Below, one piece after another: positions 39,670 through 60,465 of a stretch of 64,000 nt of DNA. Every line of letters begins with the position of its first letter. The first letter of the stretch is position 1. This stretch comes from the human T2T-CHM13v2.0 reference genome, Homo sapiens. Under the pieces are notes generated by a model, which was not told the DNA's origin, made no database searches, and saw only the letters and a program-made list of their open reading frames with translations. The position numbers and the translations under genes are program-made. The stretch lies in NCBI RefSeq assembly GCF_009914755.1, contig NC_060936.1; one strand, given 5' to 3'.

Positions 39670-41126
39670 TCACCAGCTCCCAGGTCTGTGGCCCTACTTC
39701 ATTCACCCACCGGTGATGACTTAGACCCGAGATGCTGCATGGGTGGCTTTAGTTAGACCTGGGGTAGAACTGTCGACCGTTCACTGGACCGCCAAAGCCT
39801 TTCCCTAGAAAGCTTTGAGAGGAGACATCTTGTGGACTCAGGGTTTCAGGTGCAGATCAGACCACAGACAGTGTCCCCAGACTCCGATTCTCCCCCCACT
39901 CCTTCCTCTGACACAGACGAGGCAGTGGTCCCAGGCCAGCACACCTTTTCTGGCAGACAGTACCTCTGGAGAGTAGCCTCGTAATTCGGCCTTGGCATTG
40001 GGGAAAGGTCAGCTGGGGGGTCAGCTTGGCCTTGGCCGTGCACTCTGGTTACAACCCAGGTGGCAGGCAGCCCACTCCCCTCACCTCCCCGGGCATCAGC
40101 AGCTGCCTCCCACGGACAGCCGCAAGCCCTCCCGGTTCCGCAGCACAGGGCGGGCTGGCACCTGCTCCCTCTGATCCCCCCACTCAAACCCTCTTGCTCT
40201 GCCTCTCCTCATCCGATGCTTCTCCGTATGGTTTAACACTAGCCAGGGGTGAAGGGCCACCCAAGGGCTTGCCTGACCACCCAGCCCGAACTGGCCCCCG
40301 GTCCTCTGAACACGTCCCTGTCCGTAGCACCCCTGGATTCCATTGTGTGGGCACATGCCGCTCCTGAACTAGGTAATGCTTTGAAATAAGGAACCCCTTT
40401 CCATCATCTTTTTCAATACTGGAAACCATGGATGCTCTGGGGTTTTCCAGGATGCTTCAGGCGTAGCAGCAGTCCCTCGGGGGCTGGGCCCATGGAGAGT
40501 GCTCAACCTTCCTTGTTGAGGGGTCTGAGTCAGCCATGGGGCTGCACATGTGCACTGACTGGCTTTTCTTTATGAGCGGACGGGCTCAGGCCTCCTCTCC
40601 AGGGACACTAAGTGTCTCCAGCAGTTGCACCCCCCATGCCCGCTGCTGCCTGCAGACAGGACAAGAAGTCTGGACGCTTCTACTCGTTTACAGAGGCGGA
40701 GGGCACGGTGGCAGTCACACAGGGCAAGGCCGAGGGCCGGGCAGCTCCCTGGAGCCTCCCAAGTGTGAAGAAGGCCCAGGAGAAAGTGTGGGGAGAGGAG
40801 AGGAGGCCGCCAGCGCTGGGTGAGGAACGGTACCGGGGGTCAAGGGAGGCTCTGGAAGTTCCTCAGGCTGTGCGTGGTTGGTGGCCACGGGCCCTGTTAA
40901 CCTTGTTCTCGGGTTTCAGTCCCCACAGTGAGGCCTTGTCTTCCTCTCGCTGCTGGGAGATCCCTGTGATCCAGAGAGGGAACCCACAGAATCCTCACCC
41001 CACAAATCCGCTTAGGATGGGCAGAGAGTGAGGGCAGGGCTCCTCCGCAGAAGGTACCCCGCACCCCCTCACTGCTTCCAGCCTTTTGTCCTTCTCTCCA
41101 CTGAGAGGCTGCTGGTGTCTCTGCAG

Positions 41127-41191
41127 GTCGGAACGAGCTGATTGCCCGCTACATCAAGCTCCGGACAGGGAAGACCCGCACCAGGAAGCAG
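41127..41191 (+). CDS. TEAD4: TEAD4 coding exon (exon 4), TEA domain
   Basis: ctctgcag|GTCGG...AAGCAG|gtgggc. 65 nt encoding (G)RNELIARYIKLRTGKTRTRKQ, and the phase fits the previous exon. Confidence 0.97.
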
Positions 41192-41347
41192 GTGGGCCTC
41201 AAGAGACGGGTAGGGGTCCCGGGGGTGGTACCCCAGCACCAGTCTGCTCCCAAGGTGGGCCAGGCCCTCCCAGGACCAGACGCAGGCTTTTGAGGGGCGG
41301 CAGCTCTGGATGAGTTATCCCTGTTGGGCGTGTCACAGGTGGTCCAG

Positions 41348-42101
<754 letters not shown>

Positions 42102-42292
42102 TGAAATACTGCCGGTTTCTGGATTAGCTGGGCAAGGCAGGACTGAGGGCCCACCAGTTGACCCTTTCATTCATTCATTCATTTGGTCCACAGATGTGGG
42201 TTGAGGGCTGTGGAGGGCGAGAGTCAGGAAGCCAGGCTGGGGAACACAGGTTGTTGGGAGGTAGAGACAGGAGTCCTCTCTCCCTGCCACAG

Positions 42293-42355
42293 GTCTCCAG
42301 CCACATCCAGGTGCTGGCTCGTCGCAAAGCTCGCGAGATCCAGGCCAAGCTAAAG
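42293..42355 (+). CDS. TEAD4: TEAD4 coding exon (exon 5), TEA recognition helix
   Basis: ccctgccacag|GTCTCC...CTAAAG|gtaagg. 63 nt encoding VSSHIQVLARRKAREIQAKLK. Confidence 0.97.
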
Positions 42356-43074
42356 GTAAGGAAACTGCAGTGGGGGTGCTGGAGTGGCCAGGAGTGGTGG
42401 CCAGCAGCATATCTTCCCTTTGGGGTCAGGGCATCACTGCTGGTGTGCAAGTCAGTGTGCTTTTCTCTCTGTTGAGGAGAGCCAGGTTGGGCCTGTAACC
42501 TCTCTCCCATCCGCACAAGAGGGCCAAGTGTGTGGATGCCTGGCTCCCCACACCCTGGGAGCTACAGGCCAGGCTCCTGCTGGGATCCCCCCTTGCTGGC
42601 TCCTGCTTAGAGGGGCTCACACGGCTCAGAGCAGCCGGATCACCCACCAGCCCTCATTTCTTGAGGGCCCCTCAGTGCCCTCGACCAGAGCATGCGGAGT
42701 GGCAGGGGCATGGGGGGGTGCCTGCTGTGGGGGTGGGGGTGGCGTTTATGGTACTGTGGGAGCTGGCAAATTCCTTCCTGCTTCCTGTCCTGTGGGACTG
42801 GGTGTTCCTTCCCTTCCCTGGGTCAGCCCCGTCTTGCAGGGCCTCTGCTGATAGGTGATGGCTCTGGGGGGCCTGATGTTGCTGGCATTCCCCTCGGGGT
42901 AGCCCTGCTCCCCACAGGAGTCAGGCCTCTGGGACCCTGGAACCAGGGGCCTTTGGGTGAACACTGGGAGGGAGTGAGCTCTCCATCAGGGAGGTGATGA
43001 CGACAGAGGCTACACAGCAAGTTGGTGGGAAGATCTGACATTTGAGGCATTAAGTCTAGACCATTTATAAACAT

Positions 43075-44014
<940 letters not shown>

Positions 44015-45789
44015 TTATATTAAAGAAAAGCCACTGAATTAGATGACCTTGAAAGTCCCTTCTGGCCCTGGCAGTTCATGATCCTGACACTGGAATCTCA
44101 GAACGAGTGGGTGGGAACCACAGACCTTTCTGCCTCCTAGGAAGCCACACCCCACTGCCCACTCAGTTCCATTCCTCCTGCCATCAGCCCAGCTGTTCCC
44201 CAAGCCCCACAGCTGTGGCCTGGCACCTCGCTCCTTTTTCCCTGGGACAGCTGACCAGCCCTCAGCTGTTGCTCCCGCCTCTCAGCCTCAGCTTCCACAG
44301 CCATGGAACCCAGCCCTGCTCCCTGTTTCCCCTCTTTCGTCTGCCTCTGACTCACCGGGACCCTGCAGATGACCACGGTGAACAGACTTCCCACTACTGG
44401 GTTTAGGGCAATCCCTTGGGGGCCGGCTGTGTGGCCCACATTTGCTTCAGGGAATTGTACTTGTCCTTGTCCACAGGTTCTGACCTGGGGCCCAAGGACA
44501 GCCTTCAGTGGATGGCTGGACAGACACCAAGGGGAGCCATAAACTCCTTAAAATATGCAAATTTTCATGTATATGTGAGTTGCCTTGGAGAGATTGCTGT
44601 GAGGATTTTGTCATATTCTCAAAGGATCTAGAACCCAAAGTGATTAAGCTCTGGGTTGGACAGTGATCCAATAGAAATCCCTGAGTGAGAGGCTGGGTCC
44701 TAGGCCTGGCTCTGCCCCGTGGCCGTGAGTGCTTGGGCAGAGTCACTGGGACCTCCTGGAGCTCCAGTTTCCTCATCTGTAAAGTGACAGGCGAGCAAGG
44801 TGACATCCAAGTTCCCCTCCCGGCCCCGGTTAGTGGCTCCCTGGCTCCATTGCCCGGCTACTGCTGTCACTCCCCATCGGGTCCTTCCCACTTCCTCTGA
44901 CCCCTGCCCCACCCTGCCCAGGTGGCGGTTTCCTGAGCCCCAGCCGTTTGTTTAGATCGAGTATCCAGGAAGGCAGGCACTGAGTAGATGCAGCCCCGGC
45001 CTCGTGATGGAGTTGTTAAGTGCCGAGGTCTTCGGGCTCGCAGGGGTGCGCCTGCCAAGTCCCTCATGCCCTCCTGCGGGGAGAGGTCGGGGGCTGGCCT
45101 GGGCACTTTCCTCCTGAAAATTCCAAGTGTCCTGGGAGGAGACACACACTTAGACTTACTAGTTAGCTCCCTCTTTGGTTATCAGAGACAGCCTCTGAGA
45201 GCAAAGCCCAAGTTTGGCCCCAAAAGGACAGTGGGGAGGGGGCCAAGGGGGGCCAGGGACAAACCTCATCTATTTCACTGCTTTGTCCACATCGACAATG
45301 ACCCACTACTCGGAACAGTTCCCTACTCCCCACCGCCCTCTATGGTGCGTCTCCCCCGACCCCTTGGTTTGCATGGCCCCCCGTGTGCCAGTCTGGTCCA
45401 AGCTCACCTGGTCACCATCACCACTCTCAGCACCCTAGTCACCCAAATTCTCAGAGCCTCAGTTTCTCCATCTTAATGATCCTACAAGTCCTGTCAGTCT
45501 CACAGGACTCAGTGAGGTTGTGTTCTTGAAAACCTTCCGTGGGCTGCCTCATGCCACATGGGTGAAATGGTCACCTTGAGAGGATGAGTGGAAGGGCCTG
45601 CTGTGTTCTGGCTTCACACCTGCACGGCACCAGGATGGCGGGGGAGCACTGAGCCTCTCTGAGCCTCCCTGAGCCTCCAGGCCGCGGTGCTGCCCACCTC
45701 ATGGAGCTGCGTGTGGACCGCGTGGAGGCATCCCTCGGAAGAGCTGGCGAGCTGCAGGGCTCACCGTTGCTTCTCAACTTCTGTTTTTA

Positions 45790-46753
45790 GTTTGTGTTTT
45801 AGAGACTCCACTCTGTCACCCAGGCTGGAGTGCAGTAGTGCTGTCACAGCTCACTGCAGCCTCGACCTCCTGGGCTGAGGCCATCCTCCTGCCTCAGCCT
45901 CCCAAGTAGTTGGGAGGTTCTCAACCTTTGTATCACTTAAGGGAGATCCAGGTCTACCAAGTTAATTATTATTAGTTATTCAATAATGGTTTTATCTTTG
46001 TCATTAAAAAAAAATTCATGGGTGGGGGCGGTGGCTCATGCCTATAATCCAGCACTGGGAGGTCGAGGCAGGAGGATCACATGAAGCCAGGCGTTTGAGG
46101 CCAGCCTGGGCTAATGAGATGCTGTCTGAAAAAATAATAATCATCATAAAGATATTTATTTATTTATTTAGACAGATTCTTGCTCCGTTGCCCAGGCTGG
46201 AGTGTAGTGGTGCAATCTCAGCTCACTGCAGCCCCTGCTTCCCAGGTTTAAGCAATCCTCCCACCTCAGCTCCTTGAGTAGCTTGGCCTGCAGGCACACA
46301 CCACCACACCTGGCTAATTTTTGTATTTTTTGTAGAGCCAGGGTTTCACCAAGTTGCCCAGGCTGGCCTAGAACTCCTGGGCTCAAGCGATCTACCAACC
46401 TCAGCCTCTCCAGGAGCTGGGATTACAGGCATGAACCACCACTTCCGGCCAGGTATCAAATTTCTAATCAGAGCCCCTGAGTTGACTCAGTCGAGCCATT
46501 TAGCCCCGATAAAGCTGCAGACAGTGAATAATACTTGCTGTTCCAGCCCGTGTGTGTGTGGTCTTATTTTGGATAATCCCTGCTGGGTACAGTAACGCAT
46601 GCCCATGGTCCCAGCTACTCAGGAGGCTGAGATGGGTGGATCATTTGAGCCCAGGAGTTTGAGGCTGTAGTGAGCCATGATTGTGCAGTACTCTAGCCTG
46701 TGCGACAGAGTGAGACCCTGTCTCTGGAAAAAAAAAAAAAAAGAAGAAGAAAA
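45790..46753. mobile_element. Alternating-orientation Alu fragments (~45790-45912 -, ~46020-46130 +, ~46155-46450 -, ~46583-46753 +)
   Basis: Alu arms recognisable in both orientations. Confidence 0.8.
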
Positions 46754-47520
46754 AGACACAGTTTCCATTAGGCTTCTTGAAATAGGGAATGTTGTGTCAT
46801 TGGTTTTGAAGACCTTTGGAATTCGGGCACTCAGGATGGAAACCACTGGCTTATATGAATATAACAAACGATTACTATTGTTACCCGTGCCATCCAAGTG
46901 GCTTTCCCTGTGTGCTTATTTGTTCCGGGCCTATTCAGGGTGAACCCATCCTCTGGGGTCTTGGAACCTTTGGAGGGCAGACAGTGGGTATTTACATTCT
47001 GACACATGAAAGATGGGTGAGTCCCAGGTGCCTACAGTGCCCAGGGAGATCCTTAGGGCAGGACTGAGGCAGGAGGGGCCACAGGAGGTGGTCTCTTGCC
47101 TCCAGACAGCCCGTGTGGCCAGGGATGATGCTTCCTGTGCACTCGAGGAGGGATCCAGCAGATATTCATGCATCGTTTTCACAAGACAGGTGCTGAGCTA
47201 GGCACCTGTGGTAGAGAGGTGAGCAAGGCATAGAAGGTGGCCCCGTAATTAATAAAATGACAGATAATGTCTCTGTAAGCTCTGATGAAAGAAGCAGGGC
47301 AAGTATCATGCCCCTTTGACAGATGAGAAAACTGACCAGAGAAACCAGCTGACTTTCTCAGTTGCAAAACAAGTTAATAGCACGGCACAGACTTAACGCC
47401 TGGTCCCCCAGCTCTGGCCACTGGCAGCGAGACAGCTTCCCTGACCCGAGGGCCGGACCTGCCTGGCCTCAGCCTGACTAGTGACCCTGCTGAGGTCCTC
47501 CCTTGCAATGTCTCCCCCAG

Positions 47521-47649
47521 GACCAGGCAGCTAAGGACAAGGCCCTGCAGAGCATGGCTGCCATGTCGTCTGCACAGATCATCTCCGCCACGGCCTTCCA
47601 CAGTAGCATGGCCCTCGCCCGGGGCCCCGGCCGCCCAGCAGTCTCAGGG
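47521..47649 (+). CDS. TEAD4: TEAD4 coding exon (exon 6)
   Basis: tctcccccag|GACCAG...TCAGGG|gtaagt. 129 nt encoding DQAAKDKALQSMAAMSSAQIISATAFHSSMALARGPGRPAVSG. Confidence 0.97.
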
Positions 47650-48667
47650 GTAAGTGGGCTGCCGAGAGCTGGAGGCCAGGCCAGCCCTCTCCTCCTCCCT
47701 CCTCCCTGTTCAGAAGAGCCAGAAGCATTGGCCAGCCCAGATTTCTCTCACCTGAGTCCTCTTGGCCAGGGCAGTCAGGGAAGGAGGGAACAAGGACCCA
47801 AGGGCCACACACATCCCGGCTTGGCTGGTATTGGGACGGCTTTCTTGGGGTCCTCGGCAATGACTCCACAGACTTCACAAGGGGGAAGGGGGAGCTTCCA
47901 GGAGCTGACCACCTGGTAGCTCTGCCATGTTGGCCTAATTTACAGATGAGGAAGCTGAAGCCAAGGGGGCTGAGCGGAAGCCTGAGACCAGCATGTACCT
48001 GGGCAGCTCGTGCCACGCAGCCTCATTCCTGCCCTCCTGCCAGGTGGAGAGCTGGTGCCCCAAAAACAAACCCCTGGTCAGATTTTAACTTTCCCAGCCA
48101 TGACCATGTTGGCCACACTCTCAGAATGATCCAGAAAGGCCCCTTTTCAGAGCTGTCTCCTCACAGGGGCTTTCTTGGCTCCAGGGACTAAATGAGTCTT
48201 CAAGGCACCTGCAGCACCGCCCTAGGCACGTGGGGAAGGGGCAGTGCCAGGCCACAGCATTTTTCAAAGTGCGTCCCAGAGAGCACTAGTCCATCTGCAT
48301 GTTAAACAGATAGGACACAGTGGTTCTGTGAGTAAGTTTGGGACCCTTGGCATTAAGTGGGTTCTTGGCACTGGGACTTTTCTGAGCCTTAGGTCTGCAC
48401 TGTGACTCTGCAGGAGTTGCCCTGTGCTGTGTGGACCACACCTGGGTGCTTTTCCCATGGAGCCCCTCCTCCACAGGGCCTGAGAGCCCCCTGAAACTCA
48501 CTCTGGGGGTGCTGCTGTGGCCTGTTAGCATTCACTAGCTAGGCGAGGCCTCGGGCTCCAGCCTCTCCTCCCAGTGGAGGCCCTGCCCGGTCCTACCCCC
48601 ACCCCCACGCCACAGGGCCCCGGGTGCACCTGGGGCCGTGCTGATTCCATGCCTTTTGCCTCCTCAG

Positions 48668-48711
48668 TTTTGGCAAGGAGCTTTGCCAGGCCAAGCCGGA
48701 ACGTCCCATGA
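48668..48711 (+). CDS. TEAD4: TEAD4 coding exon (exon 7)
   Basis: ttttgcctcctcag|TTTTGG...CATGA|gtgagt. 44 nt encoding FWQGALPGQAGTSH(D). Confidence 0.95.
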
Positions 48712-49237
48712 GTGAGTATGGCCTCTGGTTTCTCTTGCCAGTTGCTCCCTGAACTGAACTTGAACCCATAAACTCATGGCATTAAGCCTGGGCCCCAGGG
48801 TGTGCTGGGGCCGCTGCTGGGGTCGGCCTTTCAGGATGGCTCTGAGCTCAGGGATTGGGCTCTTCTACTGTCAGCCATCACTGGGCTCATCTGTGATGTC
48901 TACACCCTAGGGTGGTATTTGCCAAAACTCCAGTCTGTCCAGGGTATAGGCAGGGCCAGAGCTGGGGTCCCCCAGGGGAGGAGGCTGGGAAGCAGACCTC
49001 TGGCTGGCCTGGGAGGAGGAGAGGGAGGGGTGGATTTCTTCAGCAGACACGCTGTGTCTGTGGACCCGCCACGAAACCCAGGGGAGTCGGCAGGGGCGGG
49101 AGTAGGAGGCCAAGGCCCATCGGGACCACTGAAATCCAGACCACCAGGACCTACCACACAGACCACTGGACCCAGTGCAGGGATCCGGGGCGGTGGCCTG
49201 CCCGAGGCTGACACCTCCCCTCCTCTCTCTCCCGCAG

Positions 49238-49293
49238 TGTGAAGCCTTTCTCTCAGCAAACCTATGCTGTCCAGCCTCCGCTGCCTCTGCCAG
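49238..49293 (+). CDS. TEAD4: TEAD4 coding exon (exon 8), Pro-rich linker
   Basis: ctctctctcccgcag|TGTGAAG...CCAG|gtgggt. 56 nt encoding VKPFSQQTYAVQPPLPLP(G). Confidence 0.95.
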
Positions 49294-50755
49294 GTGGGTG
49301 GGCGCTGCGTGGCCCCCTTTCTATCGCAGCCATGTGGCTCCTGCCTCTGGGTCCAGGCCCCCGGCAGCCGAACGCCTGCGTGTCCCTGTTAGATGCTGCC
49401 CCGTCATGCACACTGACCACACGTCCTAGTCCCTGGCCACACCCCATTCCTTTCCCCCAGCATGCACACCTCAGCCGTGTGCCAAGCCCCTTCATGCCCC
49501 TCGGGTTGCCTTGCTCCTGTCCCCTCAAAGCTGTGCTCAGGGCTTGTGGGGCACGTGCAGTTCCAAGGGCAGTGCCCGTGCCCTGGCGGCTGCCCCACTT
49601 GGCCGGCCTTGTTACTGCAGTGTGCCTCACACACCTGGTCCTGGGAGGGCCGAGGGGTGTCTAGCTCACCAGCCTGGAGCCCCTCCCGAGAAGAGGGACC
49701 CTTGTGGGAGAAGACCTGGTGGAGGCAGCCAGCGGTGCTGACAGGAGCCCCCACCCCGCCCTCTCACTGACAGGCTCTGCTCTGTCCTCGTCTCTTTCTC
49801 AGGAGGGGCCCTCACCACCTCCCACTCTGTAGGACAAGACCAGCTCCTCACTCTTAAACTGCCCTTTCTGGTGTGGAGTCTGCCTGCCCGGCCCCTTGGC
49901 TTTCCCTGCCACCAAGAGCAGCCCTGCTGCCTTCTGTCCCCCAGGTCCTGAAGGCTGCTTTCTCTCGTTCACACATCAAAACAAAGTCACAGCGTCAGGT
50001 CCCGTCCACCCTCTGTCTCATGCCAGTCTTCTGTCCACACTGACCATGTCTTCACTCCAGGCCTGCTGGCTTTTGCCTGCGTTCCTGCAGCAGCCTCTCC
50101 ACCGGCTCGCTGTCCCGTCTCACCTCCTCTCGTCACCCTGTCACTCACCAGAGCTTCAGTCTCACGGTGTTGCTTCCAGGTTTATGGTGCCTTCCTGGCC
50201 CCCTGGTGCCTTCAGGACACGATCTAAACTACAGTAGGACTGGAGTAGGTTCATCTGTTAGCAACGCTGGATTGAGAGGCTCTTCTGGGCCAGGCCCTGT
50301 TCTGGGAGCGGGGGAGACACATGTGATGCAAACAGGAAACGTCCCCGTCTCTCCGGGATGATGCCATATTGTAATAGTGGACTCATCTGGTTATTTCCCC
50401 GACTGGAACAGAAGTTGCTTGAGGGCAGGAACTTAACAGTGCCTGTTCTGGAAGCCTCTCGGTCCTGCAGGGCCCCAGCTGCCCTCCAGAATCCAGTCTT
50501 GCTCGGCGTTCCATGCAGAGTGCTGAGTGGCCCGAGTTGTACCAGGCGAGCCCCTCCCCACCAGGGCAGCTCCAGGATGCCCTGGCCCAAGCCTGGCACT
50601 CCCTCCACCACCTCTGCTAGGAGGTCCATTTAGGGAGACAGGCGGTCCCCCCAGGCAGCACGGGTCTGTCCGAGGAGGCCTGGGGTCCTTGCAGAGGGTG
50701 CGGGCAGGGCGGGTGTCCGTGACCAGGTTCCATGTGCCTTTCTCACTTTGTGCAG

Positions 50756-50895
50756 GGTTTGAGTCTCCTGCAGGGCCCGCCCCATCGCCCTCTGCGCCCC
50801 CGGCACCCCCATGGCAGGGCCGCAGCGTGGCCAGCTCCAAGCTCTGGATGTTGGAGTTCTCTGCCTTCCTGGAGCAGCAGCAGGACCCGGACACG
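50756..50895 (+). CDS. TEAD4: TEAD4 coding exon (exon 9), linker and start of YAP-binding domain
   Basis: tctcactttgtgcag|GGTTT...GACACG|gtaggt. 140 nt encoding FESPAGPAPSPSAPPAPPWQGRSVASSKLWMLEFSAFLEQQQDPDT. Confidence 0.97.
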
Positions 50896-51429
50896 GTAGG
50901 TCCTGGCCTCTGCCTGTCCAGCTCCCTGGTCACCCCCTCTCCCTCTGTTTCTGCTTCCGGCAGTCTTGCCCCACTCCATGCTGGGGCTTAATTCAAGTTC
51001 CCTGTTCCTTTCCGATCTTCCCTTCTGCCCTTCCCCCCACTCCTCCTTTCCTCCTTCACGTCACCCCTCTTCCCTCTTTCCCTCCTCCCTGGCTTCCTTT
51101 CCGTGTCCCAGCGCCCAGTCAGCGTCACGCTCCTCCCTCCCTGTCCTGTGTTCCTCCTCCCCTCCTAACCCAACCGACCCTTAGTCCAAGGTTGCTCTGG
51201 TCCCAGCCCCACCCCTACACTGTCCCAGCCTCTCTCTGGTTCTGAGAAGCGGGCAGGAAGCTGAGGAGTCTCCTGTGTCTGCTCCATATCCTATGGGATA
51301 CCAGCCTGTCCCCTTCGGTGTCCAGTGTCCTGGGTGACCAGCGTCACCTGCAAAGGTCAGAGGGGGACCTGGAGGAGGCCAAGGTGACAGGATGCCAGGG
51401 CCCTTCTCACTCTGACATCTTCAAACTTC

Positions 51430-51749
<320 letters not shown>

Positions 51750-51966
51750 TGAGGAACCCATGAACCAAATAGACCTTTACTTAGAAGTCCAGGATGTAAA
51801 ACAAAAGGAGTAGACTTTTACCATCTCTATTTTACTCATGGGGAAACTATGGCCCAGAAAGGCCAAGCGGCTTGCACCAGGTCACGTGGTGGGCGCGCAG
51901 AGCCAGGGTTGTCTGTCTGACCGTCTGGCCTGTGCTCCGTCTCCCTCAGACCCACTCTCTCCACAG

Positions 51967-52140
51967 TACAACAAGCACCTGTTCGTGCACATTGGCCAGT
52001 CCAGCCCAAGCTACAGCGACCCCTACCTCGAAGCCGTGGACATCCGCCAAATCTATGACAAATTCCCGGAGAAAAAGGGTGGACTCAAGGATCTCTTCGA
52101 ACGGGGACCCTCCAATGCCTTTTTTCTTGTGAAGTTCTGG
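51967..52140 (+). CDS. TEAD4: TEAD4 coding exon (exon 10), YAP/TAZ/VGLL-binding domain (aa 242-299)
   Basis: ctctctccacag|TACAAC...TTCTGG|gtaagc. 174 nt encoding [58 protein letters not shown]. The cumulative CDS is 897 nt and the remaining exons are beyond the window. Confidence 0.97.
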
Positions 52141-53499
52141 GTAAGCCTGTGATAACCCCTTCCTTCCTGCCACCAGCGTGTCCGTGGTAGTGAGGACGGG
52201 GCGAGAGTGCCCAGAGTGTGCCCTTGTCACAGTAGAAACTTGGGGAGGTGGCACCAGTGAGAAGGGGAGAGTAAGCCCAGCATGGCTATGGGATGGTTGG
52301 AGCTGAGCCGAGGAGCGGGGCGGTGACCCCAGAGAGCTGGCCTAGTCGAACGAGGCCTTGTCTCACGGGTGGGGATGGCAGCTAAGCCGGGCTAACAGTG
52401 GAGCCCTCAGGAGGTGAGGAGGTGTAGTTCCAGAAAAAGACAAACGGGACCCTGCGGGGATAAGTGAAGACATGACTAGGAGCGCCCTTGTCACCCAGGT
52501 CTTTGAATGACAAGTCCTGCATGGGTTTCCGGGCCTGGAGCTGGTCCTTCGGTGCTCGCGTCCAAGGCATGTTGGGCTGAACAGAGCTTGGAGAAGGGGA
52601 GGGTAGTGTTGGATGGGTCACCCAGCTGACTCTGCTCCAGGGCGAGGCCACCCCACAAGAAACACCCACCCAGCTTCTCAGATAGCTCAGCCTGTAGACT
52701 TGGCCTCTGCTGCCCTCCCACCTCACCCCGGGCAGGTATTTTGTGGGTGGAACCTCCTCCATTGAAACGTCTTGTCTGAGGCCGGGAGGTACAGTAGCTG
52801 CTCTGGGAGCTTAGCTTCCTGGGGGCCCAGTGTGTGCAGAAAAGGGGTGCGAGGAGAGAGTCAGACAAGTAAGTGCTAATGAAGCCAGCGGTGAGGAAGG
52901 GCAGGAAATCAGGCTCTGTGACTGAGGCCTCCAATATTCTCAGGACACGGACTGAGGCTTGGGTGGCTCTGCCCGCATCCCTCTTCCCCACTCCCCTTCA
53001 GCTCTCCTCACGCTCTTTTCAATGCCTCTTGTGCAGAGATTCTTACCCTTTATTTACTGCCAGACCACTTTCATAATCTCAAAGCTTTACTTTTCCTAGA
53101 AAGAGGCATATTCACACCGAACTTTATATAGACGTTCAGATGGCTTGCCGGCTCCCGGTGAGCAGCTCCCAGCCTGGCTCTCATCCACAGCTGAACATGG
53201 GGGCAGGCTGTCTCCAGAAGGGGCAAGTGTTGGAACTGAGACCTAGGGCCCCTGACCTTTAAGACACTTAGCATTTGCGCTCTGCCAGCGGAATGGAAGT
53301 TGGACCCTGGCCTGAGGGATGGGCACATCTATTGGCAGAGATGGGAAAGGCTGTTGCGGCCTGGGAGTGCATGAGTAGTAAAGGCAGAAGGAAGTGGGCT
53401 CTGGAGTGAAGTTGAAGCCGTAGGTAAAGAGGGAATAAGAGGAGACAACTGGGAGAGTGAGTTAGGTTCTGGAAGGTCTTGATCATACTAAAGTTTGAG

Positions 53500-60465
<6,966 letters not shown>

